The notes: a model not told the origin generated them from the letters alone. DNA of 64,000 bases from Utricularia gibba (GCA_002189035.1 NEEC01000013.1:1736001-1800000); one strand, 5' to 3'. Positions 24,322 to 38,285 are shown, counted from the stretch's first letter. Made by a program: numbers and translations.

Positions 24322-26326
24322 TTATCGTTGATTCTTGGACACAGTAAACCACTGGGCCATTTCATTGTCGGAATCTTCATCGTCATCGCCCTGCAGAAAC
24401 GAGGGGTACTTGCATTGGCCGCCGTCTTCCTCTTCATCGGCATCGTGAGAGGTTGCATTCCCATCAGCCGTTTGCATTTTAACATTCTGCGGCAGCTCCC
24501 TCTTCCCTCCAGCAATGGGAAACTCCATGAAGCTCGCCTGCACTCGACGATGATGATTCCGAGAGCTCAAGCTGCGTTCGTTTTCTTCCCACTCGTCCTC
24601 GACAAAGTTCAAGGATTGATGATCTCTGTTTGGCGTCTGTTTCGTTAGGAGAAACCATGGCCGTGCTGCACGATTGCTCCAGTTCATATTTGCGGGTTGA
24701 CAAGGAACGGCTGATGCTCTGGAGGCAATGGGTCTGGGGTGATCGCATTTCAAGCACAGCATGTTTCTTCGGAAGTTTATGTAGTTACACCTATCAATAC
24801 AAGCAAGATTTAAGATGTTTTTTTTTATTTTATGATGACAGCTGAAAAGTAGGATGGGGAGGAGAAAGATGTCTCACGAATCACATTCCCATTCTCCGAG
24901 GATAAGTTGCCGTTTTGGAGGCTTCGCCTCACACTGAAAACAACGAGTGTTTCTTGCAAAGTTCAGTAAGTTGCACCTGCAAAAAGCAGAATCAAGTGAA
25001 CTGGAGAGTTGCCTTGGAAGTATGCTTGCAGCTCAAGGTAAATAAATACTTGTCACATATCCAGTCTCCTTTCTTCAATGGGAGATCCTTCTGATCCATG
25101 GATAGTCTCCTTAATCGATCGAGGAACACATTGTTACACCTCAAGCATTTCATGTTCCTCGCAAAGTTTTGGAAGTTGCACCTGGGAATACAATAAATCA
25201 ACAAACTAGAAGAATATGGTTTCATGAGGAAGCAAGTTGTAACTTACTTGGGGCAAATCCAGTCGCCTGGCTTCATTGAAGAAGCATCTTTGCGCTGCAA
25301 ATCATCTTCATCTCCACGTTCGGACAACGTCTGCTCGTCTCCTAATGGTTCCATTTCATGCCCTTCAGACTTGATGTCTGCCATTGCTTTCAACAGCGCT
25401 CTTACAGACTCACTAACCCGTTTATTTAAGCAGGGCTTGTTTTCCACAGAACCAACGAAAGGATCAAGTCCATATGTCAACAAGATGCGCATAACATCAG
25501 TGGTTCGACCCCTTTCCTCCTCACGAGCCTTTACATAAGCTCGTTCGCAATCACCTCTTAACGCACAGGCTCTGCAGACCTACTATGATGACATCATTCC
25601 ATAGACAGTCAACATGAACTTTGTTCATCCTCAACAAAACATTGGATTAGGGACTCACATTTCCTTCTTCCACTTGCACATGTGCTCTCAGACGCTTCCC
25701 TGAGTTTACAACTTTCCTGTCTGTGCTGGGGCATCCAGCTTCCGCAATAACTTGAATATCTGTAAAGGGTAAGTACCTGAAAGCAAAGATGGGATTGAAC
25801 CCAAGAAAACTATAGCAACACTTACATGATGGAAACAAACAAAAACAGGGGTACATCATTCAGTCCCACTATCAAACAGATTACTGGCTCTCCCTCTCCC
25901 TCACTTGCGATCCTTCTTGTTGTACCTTAAAAGATGGTAGTGGTCGCGTGCAAAATTCAAGCAGGCAGTTCTTATCGATTTCGCCTCTTTATGACCCAGA
26001 GTCCCAGACTTCGAAAAGGGGTTTCCCATTTCATCGAAATAACCGTTCTTGAGCAATCTGCTCATCAAATCCACCCACTCACTCCACGGATGTAAAATCT
26101 TCCCATCATTCTGCTCATCGAGGGATGAAGCTTTCTCAAAGTTCAAATGACGGCCGGGTTTCGAGGATTTGTACTGCTCGACTTCATTACGACAGAACTC
26201 AATTGCAGGATTGTTGAGAGAAGGATTTCTTGAAGCACGGCCGTGAACCCCCGCACACCCAAGCCCAACATCACGCCTACCCCGGGATTTGAAGAATTTC
26301 TTCAAAGTTCTAGACAGAAACATCAT
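24322..26326 (-). CDS. Organellar RanBP2-type zinc-finger protein (OZ/VAR3 family) with three zinc fingers
   Basis: Family motifs HPWSEWVDLMSRLLKNGYF, IRTACLNFARD and GCPSTDRKVVNSGKRLRAHV. The fingers are GDWICPKCNFQNFARNMKCLRC, GDWICDKCNLLNFARNTRCFQC and GEWECDSCNYINFRRNMLCLKC. Confidence 0.9.
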
Positions 26327-26615
26327 TGCTACTCCATCGGAATAAGTTGCAGTTCTTCCAAGCGGGAAGGTATAACCAGGTGCCAGGCCCTATCCTTGAA
26401 TAGAGTTGGGCCTCTGGAGGGCCCACAGGCCCAATCCTGGTTTGGCTTCTCGTAAACTTTATTCATAAAATTTACTTAATGACGCTTTCTTTTACGGTGG
26501 ATGGGCATATTCGTCTTTTCACACAACAAACTAAGTGCTTTCTTATTTTATTTCTGACAGAGGCACAAACACAAACACCTTATGTGCACTATAATAATAT
26601 CTTCTTCTTCTTCCT

Positions 26616-27077
26616 CTAGCCGGAGATGCCAATCGTCTTGAGCTCCGGCTTCTTAACTTCCTCCTTGGGCACCGTAACAGTCAGAACGCCATTCTCCATA
26701 GCCGCCCTCACGTGATCCAGCTTCGCATTCTCCGGCAGCCTGAATCGGCGCAGGAATTTTCCGCTGCTCCGCTCCACACGGTGCCACCTATCGTTCTTCT
26801 CCTCCAGCTCCTTCTTCCTCTCCCCACTGATCTGCAGAATAGCCCCGTCTTCCACCTCCACTTTGACCTCCTCCTTCTTCAGTCCAGGAACATCCACTTT
26901 GAAGACATGCGCATCCGCCGTCTCCTTCCAATCGATCCGCGCATTCGCGATGGCTGTCGTTTCCGACGGAAAATTGGCGGCCGGGCTGAGATCCTGGAAG
27001 GGATCCCATAAGTCGAGCGCCAACGGATCGAAGACATTCCCGCGGCGGTTACCGAAGATGCTTGGAATCAGAGACAT
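26616..27077 (-). CDS. HSP17: Class I cytosolic small heat-shock protein (~17.5 kDa), intronless
   Basis: [18 protein letters not shown]...[33 protein letters not shown]...[17 protein letters not shown]...[13 protein letters not shown]...ISG*. Confidence 0.96.
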   Translation of the reverse strand: MSLIPSIFGNRRGNVFDPLALDLWDPFQDLSPAANFPSETTAIANARIDWKETADAHVFKVDVPGLKKEEVKVEVEDGAILQISGERKKELEEKNDRWHRVERSSGKFLRRFRLPENAKLDHVRAAMENGVLTVTVPKEEVKKPELKTIGISG

Positions 27078-27166
27078 GTTGAGACCTTTTTTACCTCGCA
27101 ACTATGCCTTGAGTTGATACGCGAATTCTTCTGAAATTGTTGAGTGATGGCCGGAAGTAGCGATAC

Positions 27167-27272
27167 TTAAATACAGCGAACCTGGCTTTTCTCGAAGGAT
27201 CCAGAACGGCCCACCATTTGGGCCCGATGGACGCCTCTGGGCTCATCGTGAACCTGGAAGAACACTCTAGAG
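27167..27272 (-). promoter_or_regulatory. sHSP promoter: TATA-like box plus proximal and distal heat-shock elements
   Basis: TATTTAA on the minus strand at 27167-27173. The proximal HSE TTC-tc-GAA-gg-ATC-ca-GAA at 27189-27206 has four alternating nGAAn units. Weaker distal GAA/CTC/GAG units lie at 27250-27272. Confidence 0.8.
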
Positions 27273-27947
27273 ACGACGGTGGCCCAATTAATAATATTCC
27301 AATGGTAAAATTTATATTTTCATCTGCAGAATTGATACACTAAAATATTACAAAATTGAAAATTATCAAGATGAGAGTTTCACTAATTTTAAAAAATATT
27401 TTAAAAAATTATTCATTTAAATGAAATATATCTATATTCTTTTTTATTCATTCTTTTCTGAATTCTTCTTATTTTCAATGTTAACAACACAACTAACCTT
27501 TTACATTTGCTTCGTTACTAACAAATTATCATCAATTGTGGAATCGATTAAAAACAAATAATCCTACATTGAGAAATTCAAAATGAAATGATCAAATATA
27601 TAAAAAATTATAAATTATTAATAATCGATTGAATTTAATTTTTTAATATAATTTATATTTTTGTATAATTAAATTTTATATATATTAGATACTTAATTTT
27701 AATATGATATTAAAACACTTGTTTCAGACACGATTTAAATATATAAAATATATTTCTTTGTATAATAAAACTTCATATATAATTAATTCAACCCCTGTGA
27801 TATTTAATGTCAACAAAATCTTGATGAAGTCTCAAGTTTGGATGTAACCAAGCACAACAAACACGTATGTTTTTCTCTCACTCAGCTACTGCTTGAAATT
27901 CGAAAATATATACAGCACAATTCCCGGCACAAGCAGGGAAGGGGAAT

Positions 27948-30667
27948 CTACAGAATGGCCATCTGCTCCGCCACGGAGGCCAAAGCTTGCATCGTGCGCA
28001 CAATCTCCACCGTGTCGTCGAGGTAATACTTGGCCTTGCTCGGCTTCCGGCCGACGGTGCAGGCAAAAACTTCTGCGCTTGGGGCGATGGATGGGCCAGC
28101 CATTGAGCTCATAATGACTTCAAACATGTCTTCATCTGATCGATCGTCCCCGATGCAGAGCACAAAGTCTGGCGACAATTCCTTCTCCTTCATCGATGAC
28201 AGCAGCCGTTTTGCGACGAGTCCCTTGCTCACTCCCTGTTTGTGCACCAGAGCTAAGGCGTGATCATCACTGGATATGGGATATGTAAAAGGAGAAGTGT
28301 GGAAGCTGGCGCACCTGTGGCTTAACCTCAACGTAGTTGACGCCGCTCTTTACAGTAACGGGTTCGTTGGCGAGCACACTCTCGAGGTGATCAAGGAGCT
28401 CTTTTGCTTGACAGGATCCGAAATCGGGATCAGAATCCTCGTAGCTCCAAGCCATGGCTGTTTCCTTGAGCTCGATGACTGAGCCGTCGGTTGTCTCTGT
28501 GTAAAGGTGCATCACGGGCTCTGCAATCTGCTTCCAGTTGCATTCCGTGACAGGCCCCATGGCTTCCCATTCATCGTCGCGCTTCATCCTGAGACCAGTT
28601 TTCTGCTTCAGAAGCTGAAGACGAGGATACGAATGGGGAGAAGGAATTATGCATGTACCTCATGAAATAGCCATGCTCGGCAGCAATCCCCAGCTTGTCA
28701 CAAGTCAAAAACCATTCAGCCAGCTCGTCCCTGCGCCTGGCACTGACTATAAAAACCGTATTGTTCCTGTCTCTGCACAAGCTGTTGAGAATGCCTAATG
28801 TCTCCACGCTCGGTTTCTTGTCAATTGAGCTTTGAGGCATCAAAGTTCCATCGTAGTCGAGAAGAAGGGCTCTGGTGGTGCTTCTCTTGTAAGCTGAAAC
28901 AATATGCTCCATGGCTAACTTCCTGAAGTTTGGATCAAGAGCCACGACACGAAATCGCAGGCCGAACCCAATACCCCAGCATCTTCTATGTGAATGATCC
29001 TTGCAGGCTCGCTCTAAATCTTGCAAGAAACTACGTGACCAGTAGGCAACATCATGTGTGCTAACATACTTGTAATGTTTTTCATGTCTCAGCTGCTTCT
29101 CCGGCTCCGGCATTACGAGGGCGAGATCCATCGCTTCCGCCACCATGTCGATGTTCCAGGGGTTCACTCGCAGCGCACCACTTAAAGAAGGAGAACACCC
29201 AATGAACTCTGATACAACCAGCATGCTCTTCTTGGGAGCACCTTTATCCAATCCTGAAACACTGTCCAGTATTCCATTCCCTTGTCTGCTGATTATATAC
29301 TCATATGGAATGAGATTCATCCCATCCCTCACTGCAGTAACCAGGCAGCATTCAGCAACAACATAATATGCAATTCTCTCGTAAAACTTAAGGGGCCGGT
29401 CGATCAAGATAACAGGATCATATCCTGGTTCGCCAAACATGCTGTTTATTCGCTTCACTGCTGCATAAGTCTCATCCTGAACTTCCTTCACGTCCTTCCC
29501 TTTGCCTCGAGCAGGATTTGCTATCTGCACTAGAACAACCTTCCCCTTCTTCTCCGGGTGCTGCAGAAGGAGCTGCTCCATTGCCAATAACTTCAAGCTA
29601 ATACCCTTGAAGATATCCATGTCATCTACTCCAAGCAGCATCGTCCTCCCCTCCAAAGAAAACTGCTTCATCAGCTCTGCTACCTTTGCCTCTGTCTCGG
29701 GGAGGCTTAAGACAGATTGAAGCTGGCCCATATGAATTCCAACAGGAAGAATCTTGATGCTCACCGTTCGGCCGTAGTATTCAAGTCCTATATATCCTCT
29801 TTTCGACTCATAAGACAAACCTAGCATCCTACTGCAACAAGAAAGAAAATGGCGAGCGTAATCGAATGTGTGGAATCCGATCAAGTCTGAATTGAGCAAA
29901 GCACGCAAAAGCTCTTCCCTGATCGGCAATGTCTTGTAAATCTCAGATGATGGGAATGGACTGTGCAGGAAGAAACCAAGCTTCACTCTGTTGAACCTCT
30001 TTCTCAAGAAAGAAGGTAGAACCATAAGATGGTAGTCATGAATCCAAACATAATCGTCTTCAGGACTTATAACTTCCATGATTCTATCAGCAAATATTTT
30101 GTTCACAGATACATAAGCCTGCCAGAGTGATCGGTTAAACCGACCGCCGAGATCCGGAGACAATGGCAGCATGTAGTGAAACAAAGGCCACAGCTGCTGC
30201 TTACAGAATCCATGATAGTACCGTGTGAATAAATCCTGTGGCAGAAACGTAGGGACACACCTAAAGGTCTCCAGGAGTATCTGAGAAACTTCATCTTGAT
30301 CATTTGGATGAATATCTTCACTCAAACAACCAACGTATATAAACTCAACGTCTTCGTCTCCCAGCCCATCTTTGAGCTGGAGGAGAAGTGAATTCTCATC
30401 CCAACTGAAGCTCCAGCCTCGACTACCATCAGTTCTTCGATTCGCCTTCAATGGGAGCTGATTCGCCACAATTATAACCCGGTCCCTTTGCGCAGACGAA
30501 GATGAAGGATCAGACACGACACTGTCAGCTCCATCGTCTTCTATGTCAGAAATTATCCCAGGAACTGTCATCACACGAGGTAATCGCCGGCTTATCCGGC
30601 TGAAAGACGGTGCCGGAGCATCGCCAGAGACTAGCTCCAGCAAGTTTGAATATGAACGAGAAACCAT
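27948..30667 (-). CDS. TPS6: Class II trehalose-6-phosphate synthase/phosphatase (3 exons: 30667-28659, 28588-28315, 28235-27948)
   Basis: MVSRSYSNLLELVSG start, GT20 domain, and HAD motifs LLDYDGTLMP and CIGDDRSDEDMF. It is closest to Arabidopsis TPS6 as recalled (FSWDENSLLLQLKDGLGDE, KYYLDDTVEIVR). Confidence 0.93.
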
Positions 30668-31632
30668 TTACGCATACGCCTTCCAAAATCAACCACCACC
30701 CAAATCCAACATCTCTAAAACTGTACTACTTTCAAACACCAACTGCTCCGCCTCAACACGAAGAACAGTCCGTCAGTTAACAAGCCAAATATATAGCTGA
30801 TAAAACTCACCCCCGCAAACAAAAGATCAATAAAAATCCCAGACAGCACAAAATAGGACCGACCCACCTCAAAAAACAAAAACCACAAACCAGTTAGCTC
30901 TTCAAAAGCATACCTTCCCGGCGGCAACAGAAAAAACCCAGATCAAAAAATCAGTGAAAAAGATGAAAAAGAAAGCGGTCGCTGAGATCTGAAGATGCCG
31001 CGTTTGACCTCACGGTGCTTGCACAGAGTATAAATACAACACATGGACTCCCAAAAAAGGAGTAAACGCTACACCAGGAACCCAAGAATTTGTTGCAAAG
31101 TAGAATGAAACAGCCAAATCAGGATCCTGCACTCCTCTCACTCATGTGATCTCCACGAATATTAATATAAAATCATGCCCCCAGCTCCACTTGGGACTTT
31201 TCTATTTCCCCCCTAAAGCTCCTAGAGGCATCAATGGCATTCACATCTACGACGCCTTCAGCCCTGTTGCGCTGCTTTTCATCATTTAAATTTTTTTTTC
31301 AATGGCAATTGTTTTCATATTAATATTTTTTAGACAATTATTCTGAAAAATAAACATAGAGTAATTCCACGTAGGAAAATGGGCGCCAGGTGGCTCATTA
31401 TTCTCGGGAGATGTGAGGTGTGGGGACCACACCATTAACGCGCTGCCAATTAGACGACTAAATACGATAACAATAAATAATATTAAATGTCTTCGGTTTG
31501 TAGATAAGATTGAGAACCGGAATATTCGGAAAATCGAATATTCCAATTCTTGTCGGAACATGCAGATTTTTTCCGACGCGCACAAAAACGTGCGATCAAA
31601 TCAGAGACGCACTTTTCGCAGCAATCAAGGCC

Positions 31633-33428
31633 TCAGTTTCCGGAGAGCTGAGATGCAGCTTCCCTTCTCTCGATCAGCTTGATGAAGTTACGGACAATGG
31701 TCTTGCCTTCGGTGGTGATGATGCTTTCTGGATGGAACTGAACTCCCTGCATTCACCGGAAACAGAGATAGATTGTTTCCTCGAAGAGATAAAATATACA
31801 AGAATGACACTAACTAATATGAACTATCTGTCAATCAGTGAGTGTGCCTTCTTTCACTTAGCGGAGTCCAATGCATGGTAAAATCTCGATGAAACAAGCT
31901 TTTTACGGAAGAAAGATCAGGGGAAAGTATATCTTACCAGCAGATGCTTGTGGACTTTGTGGCGAGCAGCCATCACCAACCCATCTCCTGTTCGTGCAGT
32001 TACTTCAAGAACATCACTTGGGAAGCTTTCCTCTTCTATTACAAGGCTGTGGTATCGAGCGGCCGTGAAGGGGCTGGAGACAATACAGAAAAAAAAATCA
32101 GCAGCAGAGTATGTGCTTTTTCCGAGAAAATGGTAGAGCAAAAGCACCTGGTATACCAGATGATGTATCACAGGAAGAGAAAAAGAATCTTTCCGGGATT
32201 TATTCAAGGGGAAGCACACGTTACTTAAGTCAAACATGAGAGAGCTAGCTGAGCAAAGACCTATCTACATAGCATGCTGAAATAGATCAAGTAATGCAAC
32301 ACGTGTTCATGCAGTAAAAAAAAAATGGATGCAACGCGTATCTGGGCCTCCTTACTTTGATAGACCTGCAAACAGCCCATCTTCAGCACCTTCATCGTAG
32401 TACACAAGAGAACTTTTTCCATGAACAACACCATAAGGGGACCGCACAATTTTACCTGAAAATCTCAGTATTTGGTATTCCGGATAGCATTTCGTGACCA
32501 ACCATGGGAAATATAATTACCTCCAAAAGCTTCCCCAATGCATTGCAGTCCCATACACACACCAAACAATGGTACGATAGGCCCAAGTTCTTTCACCGTC
32601 TGCAAAGATATCCCTGAATCTTGAGGCGTACCTGTGATTAAGTAAACGAAGGAAACGCAATCAAGGGACATAAAACAAAACAAAGATTACATATTGGTAC
32701 AGAGAGTAGTACGATCACGATTTGTTACCTGGTCCAGGAGAAATTAAAATGCCTCTAGGTGCTTTCCTACACAGAACAACGGACCAAGGTTAATCTCGGG
32801 GATTGCTTACATCCCCAAACACTCAAAACGCCTGCATTCACATTTCTATTACAAGATGTGACTTGGATTCAGGATCCCAGTTTCAAGTTTACACATGGTA
32901 AACTGTCAAGTTTACACATGGTAAACTGTCAGGGTGATTTTCTCAAGCATTTGGCATCAAAATCCCTGAGTTCCAATGCGCAAGAAACCCAAAACATTTC
33001 TTACTCTTTGAGTTCGTCAACCGTGAGCTCGTCATTCCTGAATACCTCGAACTCACATCCCAGCTCCCCTAGGTACTGTAAAACCCAATAGCGTTTCCTT
33101 TTTCTACGCCATCCACATACGAAATTGGTCGACACGATAAAAATAAGCGAAAAGCAACCAACCTGGCAGAGATTATAAGTAAAACTGTCGTAATTATCAA
33201 TAACTACAATAGAACCGCCGCTACCCCTTTCGCCGCCACTGAATTGACTGATGAAATATTCTTTTCCGATATCGCTAGAGGCGTAGTGGGACAAATCGCA
33301 CACCGATTCTGATGTTTTAGGGCTTCGAAACGGAGATACTGTGATCTGGGAGGTGCGGCTCGTCCATACCGCGGAATTGGAGGTGAAACCATGTTGCCGG
33401 TAGCCGAGCGAACGGCAAGACTCGCCAT
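31633..33428 (-). CDS. ASB1: Anthranilate synthase beta subunit (glutamine amidotransferase), with an apparent -1 frameshift at 33224-33227
   Basis: Motifs [73 protein letters not shown] and [21 protein letters not shown]. The transit peptide from ATG 33428 joins the mature frame if one G is added. Confidence 0.92.
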
Positions 33429-33878
33429 GGTGGCTGGCGGCGGAACACGGCCTGGATAACGATATTACGTAAAATGACGGAGGAATCCATCACAAGAGAT
33501 TCAGAAGTAGAAATACACCGACTTCAATGGCAGCAATCCGGCACTGAATTTTGACTCATAATTAAAAAGCATTTACCTAAAATATTCGGTATTTTATTCA
33601 TGGAGAATTAAAATAAATCCTAAATATTTCAATAGAAAAAAATATTTTCAAATATCACTCATTAAATTGAAAATTAATTTTAATTTGATATGTGAAATAA
33701 TAATGAACAAAATTTCGATTTAAAAATTTAAAAAAAAAACCAACGTATTTTTGTTTATAGTGTACTTGTGTAGTGTTTGGAAATAGCATTGAAACTTATG
33801 GCTGATTGGTCGCCTACGTTGATGGAGTCGACGGATCGGTATGTGATAACTCTGTGAGGATTTCGCCGACGTAAGCCA

Positions 33879-36800
33879 ATGAGCGTTTCGTATCTCGCCG
33901 GATTCGGGATCCGTTTGTCTCCTGTTTTGGTCTGCCCTTGCGCGGACTTGTCTGGTTGCAGAACTAAAGGGCTCGCTGGAAAGACTTGAGGGGATGGAAT
34001 CTGAGTTCGGTGTCGGAGAAAACAACTCCCTGGCGCTTTTCCTGCAATGAGAATGCCGCTAGTGGTGTTGTTGAGAGTAGTGCACTCGAGAGGAGATCTG
34101 ATGATTGCGTGGAAGTGATAATGGTGGGAAGCAGGAGGGATTCTCTGATTGATTTCTGCTCAGCGTCGTCTTTTCTGTCGCCAATTTTGAGATTATGGTT
34201 GGTTTGATGCCCTAATAGCCATCGTTCTTAGTATTTCGCAGCAGTTGATTATTGGCATTGGCAGGTGCGTTTTTGGTGATGACTCCGGAGAAGCTCGGTT
34301 ACAAGAAAGGCTTACTAATAAAGGTATTCCATAGAACGGATTTCTGTTTTGGCAAGATTAAACTTTCATATTCTTGATTTCTGCAGAGTGATCTATTATC
34401 TTTTGAATGAAGGAATTCACGCAATCAGATTAAAAAAAAAAAAACTTATTCCTACTCCTCGTGTGAGCTACTGATTCAGTTTTCGTTTTTTTTTAACAGG
34501 CGGCACTGCAAATATTGAAAATATCCCAATGTGGCAGCCATCTTGTAAAGCTGTTATACTTGTTTGTTCATCGCCCGCCTTTTCCAATTCAAGCTCGCAT
34601 CTTTTGCATTTTCATGCGTTACTTTTGTTCTGAAATGCTAAATCCATTAGAAAGAAATTTAAGTTTCTGTGGGAACTGGGAAGTCTGGCACATTAAAGCA
34701 TTAATTTTCTTATACATGTCAGATGAAGTTGAATATCCTGCAACCGAAACATGGTTACTTTGCCTTTTCATGGAAGTTTGCTGAATTGAATCATGAAACT
34801 AGAATTAATGAGTATTATTACCACAGATGCAAAAATTAAACATCATTGGATGTTTTGATAGAGCTACCCTCATGTCAAAATCGACATTGTTTTGCTTCAG
34901 TTGCATTATATTTTTCTTCTTCTTTTTCCTTTGATTTTCGTTAGGTGGTTAGTGCTGCCTATGGGAATGATCATGTTGCATCCCTGGAGGTTCTTAGCAA
35001 TGTCAAGTCCAGGAAGGGGCTTGTGGTTGGTTTGATATTGAAACCATTTAGCTTTGAAGGAAAAAGAAGACTAGAAGAGGTATGCCATTTTCGTATGTTG
35101 ATAGACTGTGTTTGTGCTTGCTTGATTTCTGAAGATGCCTCGTTGCTCATCATTGCAAGGGAACTGATCTAATCCCGCTTGATATGTGACTACATTGAAT
35201 GTGTGTTTCTACATTTTGGTATAGGTGAATGCTTTGTCATATAAAATCGAAAAGCTGGCGAATTTTTGTATTGGTGAGTGACTGCTCTTTTAGGCATCTG
35301 ATTAACTTCAGTATGGAAGACGTGCAAAAACTTTCCATGTATCAACAATGTTCTAGTCCTACTAAACATGGCGCAGTTCATAACATGCTCAATAGTTATG
35401 ATCTCTATGAATGCTGGAAAGATGTAGTTGTGGGCGAGGAGAAATACAAGAATGAAAGATGTCCCAACTAAAGCAGGGGTGCTTAGGTCTCACCTGCTTA
35501 TTTGTTTTGGTGTATGATACAGCTCTTGATACTGATGCGCTCCTAGAAAATGACCTTGTGACCTTGGATGAGGCTTGGAGAACATCTAATAATTCTGCTC
35601 TAATGGTCATGAATGCCATCTCCTTTTTATTTTCCGTGAGTAAGCTTTAGCTGATCTTATTCCTTCAATTTTCTCGTTCAATTTCATTGTTTCTTTTTTA
35701 CCATGTATCTTCATCAGGACAAACACAAAAAAATCCTGAACACAAAAGCTAATATCAATAGAGACCTTCAGCTTCCTGAGCTACAGGAGGTAACTTCTTT
35801 GTAGAATCCATGTTCATTACCTTTTCTTTTCTAATGTAGCTGATCTCCCTCCTCCCTCCCTCTGTTAGTTTTGGCATTAATGAAAATTTATGCAGATTCT
35901 CAACAGCCATGGTGAAGCGAGAATTGCATTTGGGGCTGGCTACAACATAGAGACCTCACTTTTGCAAGCTGCGAATGGCTGTAATTTCCTTGATGTGGAC
36001 AAGGATGTGAGTTTTTTTTCTGATCTTTCTTTTTTGTTTGATAAAATGCTTAATCCCTAGCTTTTTTTTTAACACCTCTCTTGCGACACACCTTTTGGCT
36101 CTTCATAGATTTGTTTCCATATGATTTCAGCTCAGCTAATCTGCTCAAACTGGCATCTTTCTGTCATTATTTTGTTACCAGGATCTTGATGGTTTGATGC
36201 TATGTACAATTGGGACTTCAGCTTTCGAATGCTCCATGGACATGAATAGTGCTTTACTAACAGTTCGTTCCGCACTAAGATGGAAGGGCGAAATTATTTT
36301 AACTGTTGCCACTGTGCCCAGTTTGGAGCCTAATGTACTACAGTCTACAATCATATTTTGTGGGTAGGGTTCCTTCTCAGGAAATTCGAACTTGCTGTCC
36401 ATTCTCTGTTTCATGAAGCTTCATTATTAGCACTTTGTTGTCTCTATTCTTTTCCATATTCATTGCATAACTAGATTTATTTTAACTTGTTTGTGGTCGT
36501 TGCTTGCCTTGTATCTACAGAATCAGCAAGGAATGCTTGACACCTGCACCGAAAAATGGTCTATTCTTTAGGCTTGGACAGTATTTTCCATTCATATTTA
36601 ATATATTTAAGAATCCGAATGATCCAAAATCATCCCCTGATGAAACGTCACCTGAGGCTCTTCATACTCCATATATTTCAAGTGTTGATGATTCGCCAGC
36701 AAGCCATCCCGTTCCTGTCACAAGTTCATTTGGTGCTACAACTGATTATACAAATAGTTTATCTGATAACATCTTTTCATTGGTGGAATCAAGGTCATTT

Positions 36801-38280
36801 TTTATCTTCTATTTTAATGAACAAGTGTTTTTTCGCGTGGTATATTTCATAATTTAAACAGCTTCTTGTGTAGGCACGAAGATGATTCTGCAAACAACCA
36901 GATAGTATCAATGGAGTCATCTTCTTGCTATTCTACTTTTGAGTTGAACTCTGAAGGTAGAACTTTCACATGCTGTGATTCAGCTTGTTTTTCTTTTGAT
37001 TTATATTCTTATATATAAAATTTATGGTTGTTTATTAACCGGTAAAGACAGCCTATTTCTGTAAAATGATGGTCTCTGGGCTGAATCACAGGCGACCTTA
37101 TGTTGAAAGGGGAGCAACTTGCTAGAGGCACACTTCGACCAGGCTATACATCTGAAATTTCAAAATGCAGTAGTAGTTTCTCAGATGTAAATGCATTGGA
37201 TGGTACTGTCAACATCCACCAACAACCTGTGGGTGTCAAAAATTCCAAGTATTTTGGCGATGCTTCTATGACATCAAATACAAAAAGTGCAGACCTATGG
37301 GGAGTTTATGATCATAGGAACTGGCAGCATGGTGGTCTTGGTGTCTCTGATTCAACAGGCTATTTTCAAGAGGATGCTGCTTCCACTAACTTAGATACTA
37401 ATTCCAATGGATTTAAGAAGCAGGGGGTCTCTCAGTTCGTGCTGCATCTATGCTGGTAACCTTAATTTCTTTTCCATTGTTTTGACATGACAATGCATGC
37501 AACATATCTCATCCCATCTTCATGTCACACAAAGGAATCAGAAAGAGACACATACAAGAAATGGAGGCGTGTGGCAGAAATGAAATATCGTGGAGGAACA
37601 TACATTGGGCACATTGAAGGAGGACTTCCTGAAGGAAAAGTACTGCCTTCTAAAAAAAAAAAAAAACTACAACATATTCTCCCTCACATGGATGAGTAAT
37701 TTCCAACATATTGTTTTCCAGGGTCGCCTGTTGCTCACAGATGGAAGCATCTACGATGGCGCCTGGCGCTATGGTAAGAGATGTGGTATGGGAACATTTT
37801 ATTTCAACAATGGCGATGTCTTCAAAGGACTATGGAGAGATGATGTTATGCACGGAAAGGTACATCACTTCCCCCCTGCAAAGTTCACCTGCCATTTTAC
37901 ATAGATCCGTTCACTCTACAAACAACAGCATGTGCCTGCACTTGTGTTCTTAGGGATGGATTTACTTCCACACCGGAGACAGATGGTTTGTCAACTTCTG
38001 GAAGGGAAAGCCAAACGGGGAAGGCCGATTCTACTCTCGTCTGGGAGACATTTTCTTTGGCAACTTCAAAGACGGATGGCGCCACGGCCACTTCCTTCGC
38101 ATCGATTCCGACGGATCAAGGTGTGTCTCCTCTTCTATTCCGGCTGTTTTGCTGTAACTCAGGGAGGCTCTTTACATGAGATTTGTGGTGATCATCTGCA
38201 CCAGGTATCAGGAAGTGTGGGAAGAAGGTGTGCTTGTTACTGAGAAGAAGTTGGATCCTGATGATGCTGAGATTGGGTGA
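33879..38280 (+). CDS. ARC3: Plastid division protein ARC3 (FtsZ-like N-terminus plus MORN repeats), with an apparent -1 frameshift near 33985
   Basis: Motifs VEVIMVGSRRDSLIDFC, GLILKPFSFEGKRRLEEV, LLENDLVTLDEAWR, EMKYRGGTYIGHIEGGLPEGK, GRLLLTDGSIYDGAWRYGKRCGMGTFYFNNGDVF, WFVNFWKGKANGEGRFYS and EVWEEGVL. Confidence 0.92.
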
Positions 38281-38285
38281 ACCCG

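Noticed and set aside
30715-30927. 70-aa ORF upstream of TPS6 as a conserved uORF
   Set aside because: It begins at a non-ATG codon and spans a 5' UTR intron donor (AG|GTATGC), so it is probably not in the mature mRNA.
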